Notes: a model not told the origin generated them from the sequence alone. A stretch of 64,000 bases of DNA from Eledone cirrhosa (GCA_964016885.1 OZ024740.1:357368001-357432000); one strand, 5' to 3'. Counted from the stretch's first letter, positions 49,014-61,175 are shown. Program-made: numbers and translations.

Positions 49014-49407
49014 TAAAGTCTTAACGTCCTGTACCACATGAAACCACATTAGTCAGACATTCTTAAAAAGTACAAATCAGCACTATAAAATATCAAAATC
49101 TTTATTTTAGTTCAGTGCAAATGTTGACAATGATCTGTCCATTAGTAAAGATACTATAAACATTTGAATAAACAAACCTGGTTTTCGATATTTTTTGCTA
49201 AATCGTTACAGAATGTTAAAAGTTAATAATTGCAACTGATCAAACCAGGAAAGTGTCAGCATGCCAACCAAAGGGTTGACATTTCTTATCTTCTCACTAG
49301 TACTGTAGGTTTCTCAAGCAAAGAAACTCATATCTGTATGTTGAAGTTCACCTAGTTATAAATAGATATTATATCAAAGATTCTATACTAGATATATATA
49401 TATATAG

Positions 49408-49797
49408 AGAAGACCCGCCTTACCTAAGTGCAAAGTGAAACCTACTACAGTCAGTAGGCACCTCTAACAAAATACACCCCCGTCCCACTACCCCCACCCC
49501 ATCCACACCACCCCTTTCAATGTAAAGTTATGTTGGTACCACAACATCCAGCCCGAAACAAATGAGGTCGTGTAGGTGTCACAACAAAAAAACACACAGT
49601 CCACACTGTAATGTGGCCGTGTAGGTAACACGGTAAAAACCTCCCAGTTCCACGCTGTAAATGTGGTTGGTGTTAGGAAGGGCATCCAGCCGTAGAAAAC
49701 CCGCCAGACAGTCCTATGCGAGCAAGACAACCACTCTTGCCTCAAGTGGGAAAACTCCCGTCCAAACCCATGCAAACGTGGAATATGGACGTTAAAC

Positions 49798-49827
<30 letters not shown>
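49408..49827 (+). mobile_element. 3' UTR-only copy of the young RTE family, (GAT)n tail
   Basis: High similarity to 54025-54437. Confidence 0.88.
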
Positions 49828-49828
<1 letters not shown>

Positions 49829-49960
49829 ATATATATATATATATACATAAAGTCTTAACGTCCTGTACCACATGAAACCACATTGGTAAAATATTCTTGA
49901 AAAGTACAAAACAGCACTAGCGACTGCACATTTAAGTTTTATTATTTTAAATGAAGTTAC

Positions 49961-50058
49961 CTTTGCTGTAACAGCAAACTGATAAGTGTCCATATTGTTC
50001 TTATAAGTACGAACTTCAGTTGGAACAACTTGCATGAAATACTGATACATGTGATAAT
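49961..50058 (-). CDS. ERGIC2: ERGIC2 exon (98 nt)
   Basis: ttttcag|AT TAT..GCA AAG|gtaact; YHMYQYFMQVVPTEVRTYKNNMDTYQFAVTAK. Confidence 0.95.
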
Positions 50059-50246
50059 CTGAAAATAGATAAATGTAATCTAACATTACAATTGATGCAA
50101 TAATAATAAAAACTGCTTCTTTAAAAGAAAGAAATTATGTAGGTAGAATATTCATTTAGAATGTAAGTTATGTATTGTTTTGGGCACATATCTTCATAGT
50201 GAAGTTTAATGACAGATAAAATGAAGAGATATATTTAGAATCTTAC

Positions 50247-50345
50247 TTTTGTCTATGACTTTCATTTCTCCATCAAGAGGGTGAACAAATCGGGAACCAA
50301 TTTCCCCAAATGAAAAATGGTCAATCCGATGAGAAAAGTTGTATT
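50247..50345 (-). CDS. ERGIC2: ERGIC2 exon (99 nt), not in the ORF track
   Basis: tttcag|AA TAC..AAA A|gtaaga; YNFSHRIDHFSFGEIGSRFVHPLDGEMKVIDK with the NFSHRI..SFG..PLDG family motif. Confidence 0.95.
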
Positions 50346-50904
50346 CTGAAAGTAAATTACACACAAAAATAAAAATAGTATTGGTTTATTATGGACATTT
50401 TTTCTATAGTTAAGCTCGGTCAAACTTTTCCTTACTGATTTTGTTCATTCGACAAACTAGAGCAGTATAGTCCCATTGAGTCAATAGTTCTAGTATTGGC
50501 CAGGACTTCATTTCATTGACCTTGGAAGGTTGAAAGTAAAAGTGGACATCAGATTACTATAAGCCTGTCGAGTAGTCTTAGGGGATTTTGATAATGCAAC
50601 ACTACGTGTGTTTTTATTCCAGCATGCTGCCTTGGCAAATGAAATAGTATGTATTATATCTTGTTCAATTTCTCTTAGCTCTTGAAGAATTAAACTCCCT
50701 TGAAGATTACGGTGGATTCTTCAATTATTGGTGGTTCCAATAAGAATTCTTCCCTGTATGAAACCATAGTAAGGAAATCTATATATAAACGAGTTTAGTT
50801 AGAATACCTTTTTTGTCTATCTTGTTTGTACTCCCAGAATTAGAGTTTTTTCTCAATTTTAATATATATATATTGCTACTCTGAGAGATTTCCCTCATTG
50901 AGAT

Positions 50905-51555
50905 GTTTATCATTTCATCATCATTTCATTTTACGTCCGCTTTTCCCTGCTTGCAAGGGTGGGACGGGAACAGACTCTGGCTTGATTTTTACAGTTGGAT
51001 GCCCTTCCTAACACCAACCTCATTTACAGTGAGTGCGGGGTGCTTTTTTGCCGTAGTACCTCCACGACCACTTTGCAGTGGAATGATAGGGACCCTAATC
51101 TCTATCATCTCATTTCTACAGCTGAGGAAACTGGAGCAATGTGAAATCAAGTGTCTTGCTCAAGGAAACAACACACCACCCGGTCTGAGAATTGAACTCC
51201 CAACCTTTCGATTGCAAGGCCAATGCTCTAACCACTAAGCCATGTGCCTCCATATATATATATACATCCAGTTTAAATAAATGAGATAATGAGATCGAGA
51301 TCGTGTAGGTGTCACAACAAAAAACACACACTGTAATGTGGCCGTGAAGGTAACACGGTAAAAAGTTCCCAGTTCCACACTGTAAATGTGGTTGGTGTGA
51401 GGAAGGGCATCCAGCTGTAGAAAACCTGCCAGATAGTCCTATATGGGCGAGACACGGTCACCCGACCAACCTTGCCTCAAGTGGGACAACTCCCGTCTAA
51501 CCCATGCTAACATGGAAGATGGGCGTTAAACGAAGATGATGATGATGATGATATA
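50905..51555. mobile_element. RTE-tailed SINE (minus, about 50905-51250) and an RTE 3' UTR copy (plus, about 51290-51555)
   Basis: Shared TAGGAAGGGCATCCAGCTGTA block and (GAT)n/(CAT)n tails; tRNA-like head at 51190-51250. Confidence 0.7.
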
Positions 51556-51586
51556 TATGTGTTTATATATATATAATTATAATATA

Positions 51587-52285
51587 TCATCATCATCATT
51601 TTACATCCACTTTTCCCTGCTTGCAAGGGTGGGATGGTCCTCTTCAGTACAGCATCTCTCCATTCATCACGGTCCCTCATCATCTCCTCTGTGAGCTTCA
51701 GCAATCTGAGGTCAGCTCTCACCACCTCCACCCATGTTTTTCATGGTCTTCCTCTACTGCATCTTCCTTCCACCAGAATTTCTTGGCACTTCTTCACCTA
51801 TGCGCATTACATGGCCATACCAATGCAGTCTTTTCTTCCGCACACCACAGTTTTACTCTCAACTCATCTATGCTTGGTCGTTCATGCACATTGACATTGC
51901 ACATCCATCGGAGCATGCTTGCTTCATTTCTCTCCAACTGTCGCATATCCTCCGCAGTTGCTGCCCATGTCTCACTACCATGCAGCATCGCACATCTATA
52001 GATCCTACCTACATTTGAAAAATGCGCCTATCACTGTCACTCTCTCAAATTTCCCTGAACATCTACCACATATGAGGTTTTCCCTTCCTTTTAGTTTGCC
52101 TGCTATCCCACTACACCTCTTGTGTACCCAAGATCTGCATTGTGTACATTCTATAAAGTTTATGCCAACTCCTTTTCTACATATCAAACATAGCCATTTC
52201 CCTGATGGAATCAGAGTTTTGTTCTCTTTCCTATTTATCAACACTTTAGGCTTTGTTATAAGTACCAGATCATCAGCACAACCAT
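51587..52285 (-). mobile_element. Older, internally deleted RTE copy with the PHD-type insert
   Basis: PSGKWLCLICRKGVGINFIECTQCRSWVHKRCSGI..CGRC, MLHGSETWA, and a (GAT)n tail. Confidence 0.85.
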
Positions 52286-52461
52286 GACCACCATGTACCC
52301 CAGTGTAAATATATAAATGATTATCTTTGGTATGGTGAGAGAAGCTCTAGACACAGTACAATCATCGGTTCATCAGGAGTTTAAAATAGACAAATAAGCC
52401 ATTGACAGTTAAAGTTCTTGTTGAGGACAATTCAAGTAGCAGAGCATTAATATTCATATTA

Positions 52462-52593
<132 letters not shown>

Positions 52594-52596
52594 CTA

Positions 52597-54045
52597 GGAG
52601 ACGCCCTAGATAGGAGTAACTATAGAGGCATTAAATTAATCGACCAGGTCATGAAGGTCACGGAAAGAGTAATAGCGCAACTAATCAGAGAGAGAATTGA
52701 CCTAGATGAAATGCAGTTCGGGTTTGTGTCAGGCAAAAGTACCACAGACGCTCTTTTCATAGTACGACAACTACAGGAGAAGTACCTAGCTAAAGGTAAA
52801 CCCCTCTACTTAGCTTTTGTCGACTTGGAGAAAGCCTTCGACAGAGTCCCCCGCTCCATTATCTGGTGGGCTCTTAGAAAACTAGGCGTTGACGAATGGC
52901 TTGTGAGGGCTATACAAGCCATGTATAAAGAAACAGTCAGCAAGGTTAGAATTAACAACGAATATAGTGAAGAGTTTAGCGTAAAAGTCGGCGTCCATCA
53001 GGGCTCTGTTCTCAGTCCACTACTATTTATTATTGCCCTTCAGGCTATAACAGAGGAGTTCAAGACAGGCTGCCCATGGGAACTCCTATACGCAGACGAC
53101 CTGACACTCATAGCGGAATCAATGGCCGAGCTAGAGAAGAAATTCCAAACATGGAAGCACGGCCTAGAGTCAAAAGGACTTAAAATTAACCTGGCTAAGA
53201 CCAAAGTACTAGTTTGTAGGAAAGAAAACAAGGCGGCGGTCCCTTCGGGGAAATGGTCGTGCTCGGTGTGTAGGAAAGGCGTAGGTAGAAACTCCATTTT
53301 ATGTCCTAAATGCAAAGTATGGGTGCATAAAAGATGTAGTGGGATCACAGGTAAGCTAACTAAGAACATAGATTTTACATGTGGCCGGTGCTCTGGTGCA
53401 ATAAGTAGCAGCAAGTGCCCACAAACTACTAGCTCTTTCAATTGCGCAGAGGGTTCTATAGAAATAGTGGACAGCTTCCGTTACCTGGGCGATAAAATCA
53501 GCAGTGGGGGAGGGTGCTCTGAAAGTACTGTAGCTAGAGTCAGAACTGGTTGGAAAAAGTTCAGAGAGCTTATACCACTATTAGCTGCTAAAGGGTTCTC
53601 ACTAAAAATGAAAGGCAGGTTGTACGATGCCTGCATACGAACAGCAATGCTGCATGGCAGTGAGACCTGGGCATTGTGTGCAGAGGATATACGCAGACTA
53701 GAGAGGAACGAAGCTTGCATGCTCCGCTGGATGTGTAACAGTAATATACGTGAACGGCAAAGCATAAACGAACTAAGGAATAAATTAGAGATAAGAGGGA
53801 TCAGATGTTGTTTACTCGAGAGAAGGCTACGTTGGTATGGACACGTGATGCGCATGAAAGTCGATAGCTGTATAACAAAGTGCAGGGCAATAAAGATAGA
53901 CGGTAGTCACGGAATAGGCAGACCTAGAAAAACCTGGGACGAGCTGATAAACTCCGACATCACACACTTACACCTCTCCAAGACAATGTCACTGGACCGA
54001 GACCTTTGGCGGTACTCAGTAACAGAGAAGACCCGCCTTACCTAA
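52597..54045 (+). CDS. RTE reverse transcriptase ORF (partial, about 480 codons) with an in-frame PHD finger; the N-terminus of ORF 52402..54045 is microsatellite read-through
   Basis: NYRGIKL, QFGF, FVDLEKAFDRVP, GVHQGSVLSPLLF, LLYADD, GLKINLAKTK, C4HC3 insert, FRYLG, LHGSETW, RLRWYGHV, GRPRKTW. Confidence 0.9.
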   Translation, partial: GDALDRSNYRGIKLIDQVMKVTERVIAQLIRERIDLDEMQFGFVSGKSTTDALFIVRQLQEKYLAKGKPLYLAFVDLEKAFDRVPRSIIWWALRKLGVDEWLVRAIQAMYKETVSKVRINNEYSEEFSVKVGVHQGSVLSPLLFIIALQAITEEFKTGCPWELLYADDLTLIAESMAELEKKFQTWKHGLESKGLKINLAKTKVLVCRKENKAAVPSGKWSCSVCRKGVGRNSILCPKCKVWVHKRCSGITGKLTKNIDFTCGRCSGAISSSKCPQTTSSFNCAEGSIEIVDSFRYLGDKISSGGGCSESTVARVRTGWKKFRELIPLLAAKGFSLKMKGRLYDACIRTAMLHGSETWALCAEDIRRLERNEACMLRWMCNSNIRERQSINELRNKLEIRGIRCCLLERRLRWYGHVMRMKVDSCITKCRAIKIDGSHGIGRPRKTWDELINSDITHLHLSKTMSLDRDLWRYSVTEKTRLT

Positions 54046-54437
54046 ATATATAGTAAAACCTACTCCAGCCAGTAGGCATCTCTAACAAAATACACCCCGT
54101 CCCACCACTCCCTCCCGATCCACACCACCCCGTTCTATGTAAAGTTATGTTGGTGCCGCGCCATCGAGGCCGAAACAAATGAGATCGTGTAGGTGTCACG
54201 ACAAAAAAACACACAGTCCACGCTGTAATGTGGCCGTGTAGGCAACACGGTAAAAACCTCCCAGACCCACACTGTAAATGTGGTTGGTGTTAGGAAGGGC
54301 ATCCAACTGTAGAAAACCTGCCAGACAGTCCTATGCGAGCAAGACAATCACTCTTGCCTCAAGTGGGACTACCCCCGTCCAAACCCATGCAAGCGTGGAA
54401 CACGGACGTTAAACGTTGATGATGATGATGATGATGA
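52597..54437 (+). mobile_element. Young 5'-truncated RTE-clade LINE inserted in a (TA)/(CA) microsatellite; 3' UTR ends in (GAT)n
   Basis: Uninterrupted frame to the stop at 54045, followed by a 390-bp UTR shared with several other copies. Confidence 0.95.
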
Positions 54438-55212
54438 TATACACACACATATACATACATGCATTCATACATACATACACACACACAAATTTGTTTTTGT
54501 TCTGTATTTTTAATATTTTGACTGTCTCAAGTAATTTTCACTAATGTTTAATATATTACATTTAAAGTTGGCTATGAATATAGTAATGGTGTCATAGTAG
54601 TTTTTTTTATTTGTTCTAAATAACTACATTTTGGTTGGCTATATAAAGAACAGAATTTATACAATAGCAATCCCTCTGCATTGTGAGAATATGTTTGTAG
54701 GTGTGAAAATATGTCTGTATGTGAGTGTCTGTTTGTAATGGTGAGAATACATATGTATCCACACACGTTTGTGTTAGAGTAAGATAGACAAAGGGACCAT
54801 GTATTTCAATATATGTGTATGTGTACATAGGAAAGTATGTGTGTTATAATTGTATTTATATAAATTGGTATATGTATATGAAATAAGTACAGGTATTTAT
54901 ATGTATGTGTCTATGTGATATATAAGTCAGTATGTATCTAAGTGTGTGGATATGTGTAGGTGGACAAAAAAACATACAAAATGCAACACCATAATGTTGG
55001 TATTAAAACAGAGTGTTGTGCATTACATGCTAAACATTAAACTACAAAGTCCATCAAACAATATCCACCTTTTTTTTTCTCCCATGGGAAGTCATAACAT
55101 GTTTACATAGTGTGGAAGTGTTACTGGGTTGGGGAGGAGAAATTGTTTTAACAGCTTGATTATCATTCTATCAATGATACATGAGTGAAACCTGTATTTT
55201 ATTATCATTATT

Positions 55213-55411
55213 GCGGTGGATTGGCAGTATCGGTAGAGGGTCGGACGCCATGCTTTCCAGCATAGTTACGTCCCTTTACGATCTGAGTTCAAATCCCGCC
55301 GAGGTTGACTTTGCCTTTCATCCTTACGGGGGTCGATAAAATAAAGTACCAGTAATGCACTGGATAATTGCTGGCCTTGTGCCTAAAGTAGAAACAATTA
55401 TTATTATTATT
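55213..55411 (+). mobile_element. SINE family A, near-consensus full-length copy
   Basis: Complete head, core and (ATT)n tail. Confidence 0.88.
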
Positions 55412-56419
55412 AGTAGTAGTATTTAGTCAGACAAATTGGAGCAAGCAAATTTTTCTGGAAAGTGAGCCAAGTGACTGTGAAGGTAATGGACCTTGACACC
55501 TATGTTATAGCCCAAATTATTTAAATTAGAGAGCATATCCTCTATTGACTGATGGTAGTTGTCTGTCAAGAAAGTTTTTAACTAAAACAAATAAAGATGT
55601 CTCCAGTCCTTGGTCCTCGAAAGTTGGGAGGACTTCAGAGCATTCTGCATGGGCACTCTTTCACAAGAAAATATTTCAAGGCGTTTTTTATAACACACTA
55701 TTTTCTAAATCTGAGGGTGTAACATTGAAAAGTGGGGGGGGGGGGGGGGCAGCACCTGACTCACTGCTACCCAATGAAATTATGAAATGTGAATTTTTAA
55801 TCTTCTATCTTATATTGGGATCATAAGAAGTCCCAGCTTTAAGTTTTTGTCTACTCAGTCTAGAAAAATTACAGTTTAAGTAGCCAAAGCAGACACCATC
55901 TTTGTTCAATACCATAACTCTAAGCTTTTGTCCTGAAATAAACTGATTTAGTAAGATGTGGTTGTTTTAATAGCATGTAATGTATTAATAGCATTAATAT
56001 TGTTGTTATTTTTATTTTCAAAATGGCAGATTATTAATTCATTAACATTGATAGAGCAAAACTGATGCCATTTTTGGAGCCAGTAATATCCAAGCCTAGC
56101 TCTAAATTCTAAGGCATAAAAATGTAAGTTGCCTAAATGGATACATCAACATATAAAAGAGTATACTACATCTCTAAAACTAGAGTTGGTTGAGAAAAAC
56201 TGATAGTATATTTGGCATCAGCACCCCAAATATACCCCACCCCCAAATAATAAATATATATATATACACATTAAATTTCTTCAGCACATGTCGATCAGTA
56301 TTATTGTAATCAAGTGTTCAGGCTCCCAAAATTAGTTGAAAACAAGTCTCGGATATAATTCAACCCAAACTGTATTGCCCTGTGTTATCAATGATGTACC
56401 ATAATACTTCTAGTTTTAA

Positions 56420-56648
56420 CCCTTTTGTTACTGTATTTCTTAAGAATGACACTGTCAAAGTGCTTCATTTAATTTTGAAAATGAAAAAAATTACAGGAAT
56501 TTAATAAAACAATTAATTTTTACATTATTAACATTTTTTTTTAGATAAAATCTTAATGGAAGATTTTAATGTAAATATGAACATTTTAAAATAGGCAGTT
56601 TTGTATCATAGAACCAGGGTGGTTTCTGGTATGTTGGTATCAAAAAGA
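56420..56648. mobile_element. Old TTAA-flanked (piggyBac-type) MITE
   Basis: TTAA-CCCTTTTGTTAC ... GTATCAAAAAGA-TTAA; a related inverted copy lies at about 57244-57941. Confidence 0.55.
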
Positions 56649-56911
56649 TTAACAATGATATTAAACATTATATGAATGACAGTGGCTGTGAAATTAAAGT
56701 AAAAGATGATTGACACCATGATTACGAGTTCAAGCATTACTATAAGCAAGAGTGAGGGAATTAAGCAGAGCCTATTAATATACTTGCTTTAATTTGCCTG
56801 AGTGAAAATAGATTCCACTCTCACTCACAATAGAATCGTTAGCAAGTAGGAAAGATATTTAGCTGTAAGAAGCAACTGACCTAAAATATAAATATTCTTA
56901 ATAGGGTATTT

Positions 56912-56953
<42 letters not shown>

Positions 56954-57549
56954 TGTGTGTGTGTGTGTGCGTGTGACGGATATTCTTCCTAATACCAACC
57001 CAAACCTTATTGCTTATGGAGAACATAAGCAACTGTAGCCACAGGCTTTACAAGTAGTAGCAATGATATTTGCAGTGGCTACCACACACAGACAGACATA
57101 CTCAACAAGCTTCATACTGTTTCTGTCTACCTAATTCATTCACAAGCCATTTCTCAGCCTGAGGCTAAAACTGAAAACACAGTAGGATAGAGCCAAGACC
57201 ACATAGTTACTAGTGTGCAACAAACAAGGGGGTCACAAATGAATTAACTCTGTTGATACCAACCTGCCCCAAACCGTGTCTGATTTTGTAGTAACAGTCA
57301 CCCAGTTTAAAGGGTTCCTATTTAAATAAAAATATTCAAACATGATTTTATATAATAACCTTTTCTTATGTGAAGATTACCATCCTAATAATAAGATAAT
57401 TTTAGTAAATCCTCCCAAATTCTTCTTAATTAATTCAAATACAGAGTATTCTAAAATAAAAATAGAAGCTTTTGCCATTTTTTTTAATAAAGAAATTTTA
57501 GCCTGATAGTGGGGTTAGAACCCTCTAAGGAATGGAAAAAGATGGGTAT

Positions 57550-57620
57550 TGACGTACATGGGAGTCAAACCCACATCTTTGGTTATCTAGACCACTGTGT
57601 TACGCTTACACCAACACATC
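57550..57620 (-). pseudogene. tRNA-like cloverleaf (anticodon position AGA, short variable arm)
   Basis: GATGTGT-TG-GTGT..ACAC-A-GTGGT CTAGATA ACCAA-AGAT-GTGGG TTTGACT CCCAT-GTACGTC-A. Confidence 0.6.
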
Positions 57621-57703
57621 ACCCATCTCTTTCCATTCAAAAACTTACTTGTCATTATACTTTCTAAGAATGTAGTTTCTAATTTGAATGGAAAGAGATG
57701 AGT

Positions 57704-57774
57704 GATGTGTTGGTGTAAGGGTAACACATTGGTCTAGATAACCAAACATGTGGGTTTGACTCCTATGTACGTCA
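57704..57774 (+). pseudogene. tRNA-like cloverleaf (anticodon position AGA, short variable arm), T5 tract 9 nt downstream
   Basis: Acceptor GATGTGT/GTACGTC, D stem GTGT/ACAC, anticodon stem TTGGT/ACCAA, T stem GTGGG/CCTAT; the T loop is TTTGACT rather than TTCGA. Confidence 0.6.
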
Positions 57775-58300
57775 ATACTCATCTTTTTCCATTTCTTAGA
57801 GGGTTATAAACCCCACTATCAGGCTAAAATTTCATTAGTCAATAATATGTCGAAAGGTTCTATTTCTATTTTCAAACTCGCTCGCTGTTTCAAAACAAAC
57901 TTACAGAGTATTTTATTAGAAATATGATAATGAAAGCATTAAAAATGCTTGCCATTTCCATCTTAATTCAGGTTTTGGTGTGCTGCTTGGATAACATATG
58001 AACCACAATACACTGTTATAACAGACATCTGAAGACTTGAACTTAATCACCTACTATTGTAATCTTACATAATTATTCCAAACACAACTGCCAATGAAGA
58101 TTTGCAACTCCAATAATCAGCTAACTAAACATGTGTCTCAAATGGAATGGAATGAACCTCAGTCAGCTTCAATGATGAGTGTTCCAGTTGTTCGGTAAAC
58201 AGAACGCCGTACTCATAAAATTAACATGAAAGTGGCCAAACATTCCACAGACACGTGTACTCTTAACATAATTTTTAGGGTAATTCAGCATGACACAACA

Positions 58301-59570
58301 CAAGGGTGTGCTGAAAAGTTCATAAGCTGACTACGAAGGAGTGATGCAAGAGCTGTGAAATCTAGTATGCATTAATTTCAACTCTTCTTCTTAATAAGTG
58401 CATTGTTTCTTTTCAGGTAAACTTACATTTGGCTGTTCAAAGAAGACTTCAAAAGTAACTAGTAGCGATTTCTCTTGAAAATGGACAAAATTTGGCATCG
58501 AGGTGTTACCAAATACCTGCAGAAAAAGGGTTTAGCCCCCAAGGACATTCATGTGGATATGCATGCTACAATAGGAGATGACGCTCCAGCTTTGCCAACA
58601 GTGCGAAAGTAGGCAGCTAAATTTAGGAGGGGAAGGGAGAATCTCGAAGATGACCGAAAGTCTGGGCGTCCTGCAACTGCCACCACCGAGGAAAACACTG
58701 ATCGCACTCACCACATGGGGATGGATGACAGGCGATTGACAATAAATCAAATAACCAATGGTATTAGCATACCCCATAAGAGAGTTGAGAATATTCTGCA
58801 CAATGAACTTGGCATGATGAAAGTTTCTGCTCAGTGGGTGCCACATCTTCTGACACCTGATCAAAAGTGCACCAGGCTCATTACATCACAGGTAAAACTA
58901 ACATTCTTTGAGGCAGATCAGCTGGTTTCCTTGAATTTTTCCTAACCGAGGATGAGTGTTGGGGTCATCACTTTGGGCCAGACACAAAGACACAATCCAT
59001 GCAGAGGAAACACCTCTCCTCACCTGCTCCAAAGGCCAAAATCTGCAGGGGGGTGTTGGTCTCAGGTTTTGGGGGATGCAGAAGGCATTGCGTTTATTGA
59101 CTATCTTCAAAATGCCACACCATCAGTAAAGAACACTATGCCAACTTTTACGAAATGCTATCAAACCAACCACACAAAAAAGCTGACAAAAGGGGTCTTG
59201 TTTCATCAGAACAATGCTCCAGCACACAAGTCCTTGGTTTGAATGGCTGTTGTGCATGACTGTGGCTTTGAACTGGTTAATCACCTTCCCTATTCTCCTG
59301 ATTTGGCTTCATCTGCCTATCATCTGTTCCCCAATATGAAAACACACTTGGCTAGGAACCGGTATCGCAGTGATGTTCACATCATATCTGCTGTTGATGA
59401 CTATTTTTACTAACAGGCTGAAAGTTTCTTCACCAATGGGATCCAAGCACTGCAACACCGATGGAAGAAGTGTGTGGACTGCAAGAGGACTATATTGAAA
59501 AATAAACCAAATTTGGTCACATTCCACAAGAGTATCTTGTACAGCCTGTGAATTTTTCAGTCAACCCTCG
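58301..59570 (+). mobile_element. Full-length decayed mariner transposon (about 1.27 kb)
   Basis: Imperfect TIRs CAAGGGTGTGCTGAAAAGTTCA / TGAATTTTTCAGTCAACCCTCG-TA; transposase relic from ATG 58481 with SGRP, WVPHLL, HQNNAPAH, PYSPDLASS, DYIEK*; many stops and frameshifts. Confidence 0.92.
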
Positions 59571-59743
59571 TATGTAACAAGGCAAGCCCATTGAATTACA
59601 GGTACAGTCCATGGGACTATATAATTTCACTCACAAATAAGATAGAATGACATAAGAGTGAGAGGGGGGAAGGAGAAGGGGAGCAAAGAAATAAGGTGAT
59701 GATAGAACAATTACAAGAAAGAATGAAAAAGATTTCCACAAAC

Positions 59744-59802
59744 CATTTTCACCAACAAGAAGAGCTAAATGAGCATGTCCTCGAGGTATTACTGGTATTG
59801 AC
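59744..59802 (-). CDS. ERGIC2: ERGIC2 exon (59 nt), the most 5' exon found in the window
   Basis: tttgcag|G TCA..AAT G|gtttgt; SIPVIPRGHAHLALLVGEN contains the ERGIC2 PRGHAHL motif and joins in phase to 50345. Confidence 0.9.
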
Positions 59803-60019
59803 CTGCAAAATAAGCAAATACATATAGATATATATATGTGTTTTTGTGTGTGTGAGAGAGAGAGAGAGAGAGAATGTATTATCATCATATATATATATAT
59901 ATATATATAATCATTGTTTAACACCTATTTTCCATGCATGCATGAGTTAGACTATATATATATATATATGTCAGGTCACCAGTTGGTGCTACTGGTAACA
60001 TGTATCCCAGTACAACCTG

Positions 60020-60580
60020 TCCCATGGTCGGGTCGTTGGCGACTAAACTGGCAACCCCACCAAGGTTTCTTGGTGAGGAGGGTGACTTTGGACATCCTGC
60101 AGGACTAAAAACAAAACCTGTCAAAGGGCAAAGGAGCTCTTAAGAGTCAATGGCCATCCAAAATCACCGGGAGAGATGACCCCTTAGCCTTTGTCAAGGC
60201 AGAATTCTAGGAGAAGGAAAACTCTGATATCACACCTGCAACCCTGATGATATCCAATGATGTTGACTTGTTCTTCTTTTTGGTTAATATCATCTTGGTT
60301 AAGAGAGTGGGACTGGCTTTGTGCAGTGCCTTTGCTCACTATAAAAACTTCACGGCACAGGCATTGCTTTATATCTGGAGATCTCTCTGCACTTGTCGTC
60401 ACATGGTACCATGGGCCCAGCACTATGTGTCAATAATTGTCACATGTGTAGTGTTTGTACCAAAGTTTTCAAGTCGCTGGCCGGACTGAAAAGTCACACT
60501 CGTTCAGCGCATCGGTAGGAGTCCTCCTACATGGATATAAAGTAGTGGCCGTACTCGAAAACGAGTTGGCAGCCACCATA
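60020..60580 (+). mobile_element. Unclassified dispersed repeat family C (further copies at about 60850-61143 and 63085-63565)
   Basis: Shared GGGTCGTYGGCGACYAAAC, AAAACAAAACCTGTCAAAGGGCA, GCACAGGCAT and terminal GCAGCCAYCATA blocks. Confidence 0.65.
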
Positions 60581-60588
60581 TATATATA

Positions 60589-60687
60589 CAGCGTGTCCAA
60601 AAAAATGTATACACACTTTGATTACCTGTACAGTCAATATTTATTAGAATGCATAGCATTTGTGTATACATTTTGGGGGGGACCATG
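60589..60687. mobile_element. Small Tc1/mariner-type MITE
   Basis: TA-CAGCGTGTCCAAAAAAATGTATACAC ... GTGTATACATTTTGGGGGGGACCATG-TA; imperfect TIRs. Confidence 0.55.
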
Positions 60688-61134
60688 TATATATATATAT
60701 TATAGAGGCACATAGCTTAGTGGTTAGAGCATTGGCCTTGCAATTGAAAGGTTGTGAGTTCAATTCTCAGACCGGGTGATGTGTTGTTTCCTTGAGCAAG
60801 ACACTTTATTTCACATTGCTCCAGTTTACTCAGCGGTTAAACCACTGGGAGTGAAGGACCCCTAGCCTTTGTCAGGGCATTCTTCTAAGAGAAGGCAACT
60901 CAGGAAACTGGGATAACTCCAATATAAAACCTGCAGCTCAGTAGTTACCGATGATGTTGATCTTTTCTTCTTTTCGGGTTATAGCTACTGTCGCTCAGAG
61001 AGTGGGATTGGTTCAGTGCAGTCTTTCCTCACTTTAAAAAATATCTTCACGCACAGGCATTGCATGGTAGAATTAATTAATAATTATTAATAATGGTATA
61101 TCATGCAATGGCCATACTCGATAACAAGGAGGCA

Positions 61135-61175
<41 letters not shown>

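Larger units (their letters stand above)
57451..57901. mobile_element. Fold-back insertion with two divergent tRNA-like units, nested in a MITE
   Basis: Arms 57492-57641 and 57683-57833; flanking direct repeat TACAGAGTATT at 57440-57450 and 57902-57912. Confidence 0.75.

Noticed and set aside
57704-57774. Functional tRNA-Ser(AGA) gene
   Set aside because: It lacks the long variable arm and G73 of tRNA-Ser, has a TTTGA T loop, and sits in a mobile palindrome; reported as tRNA-like only.
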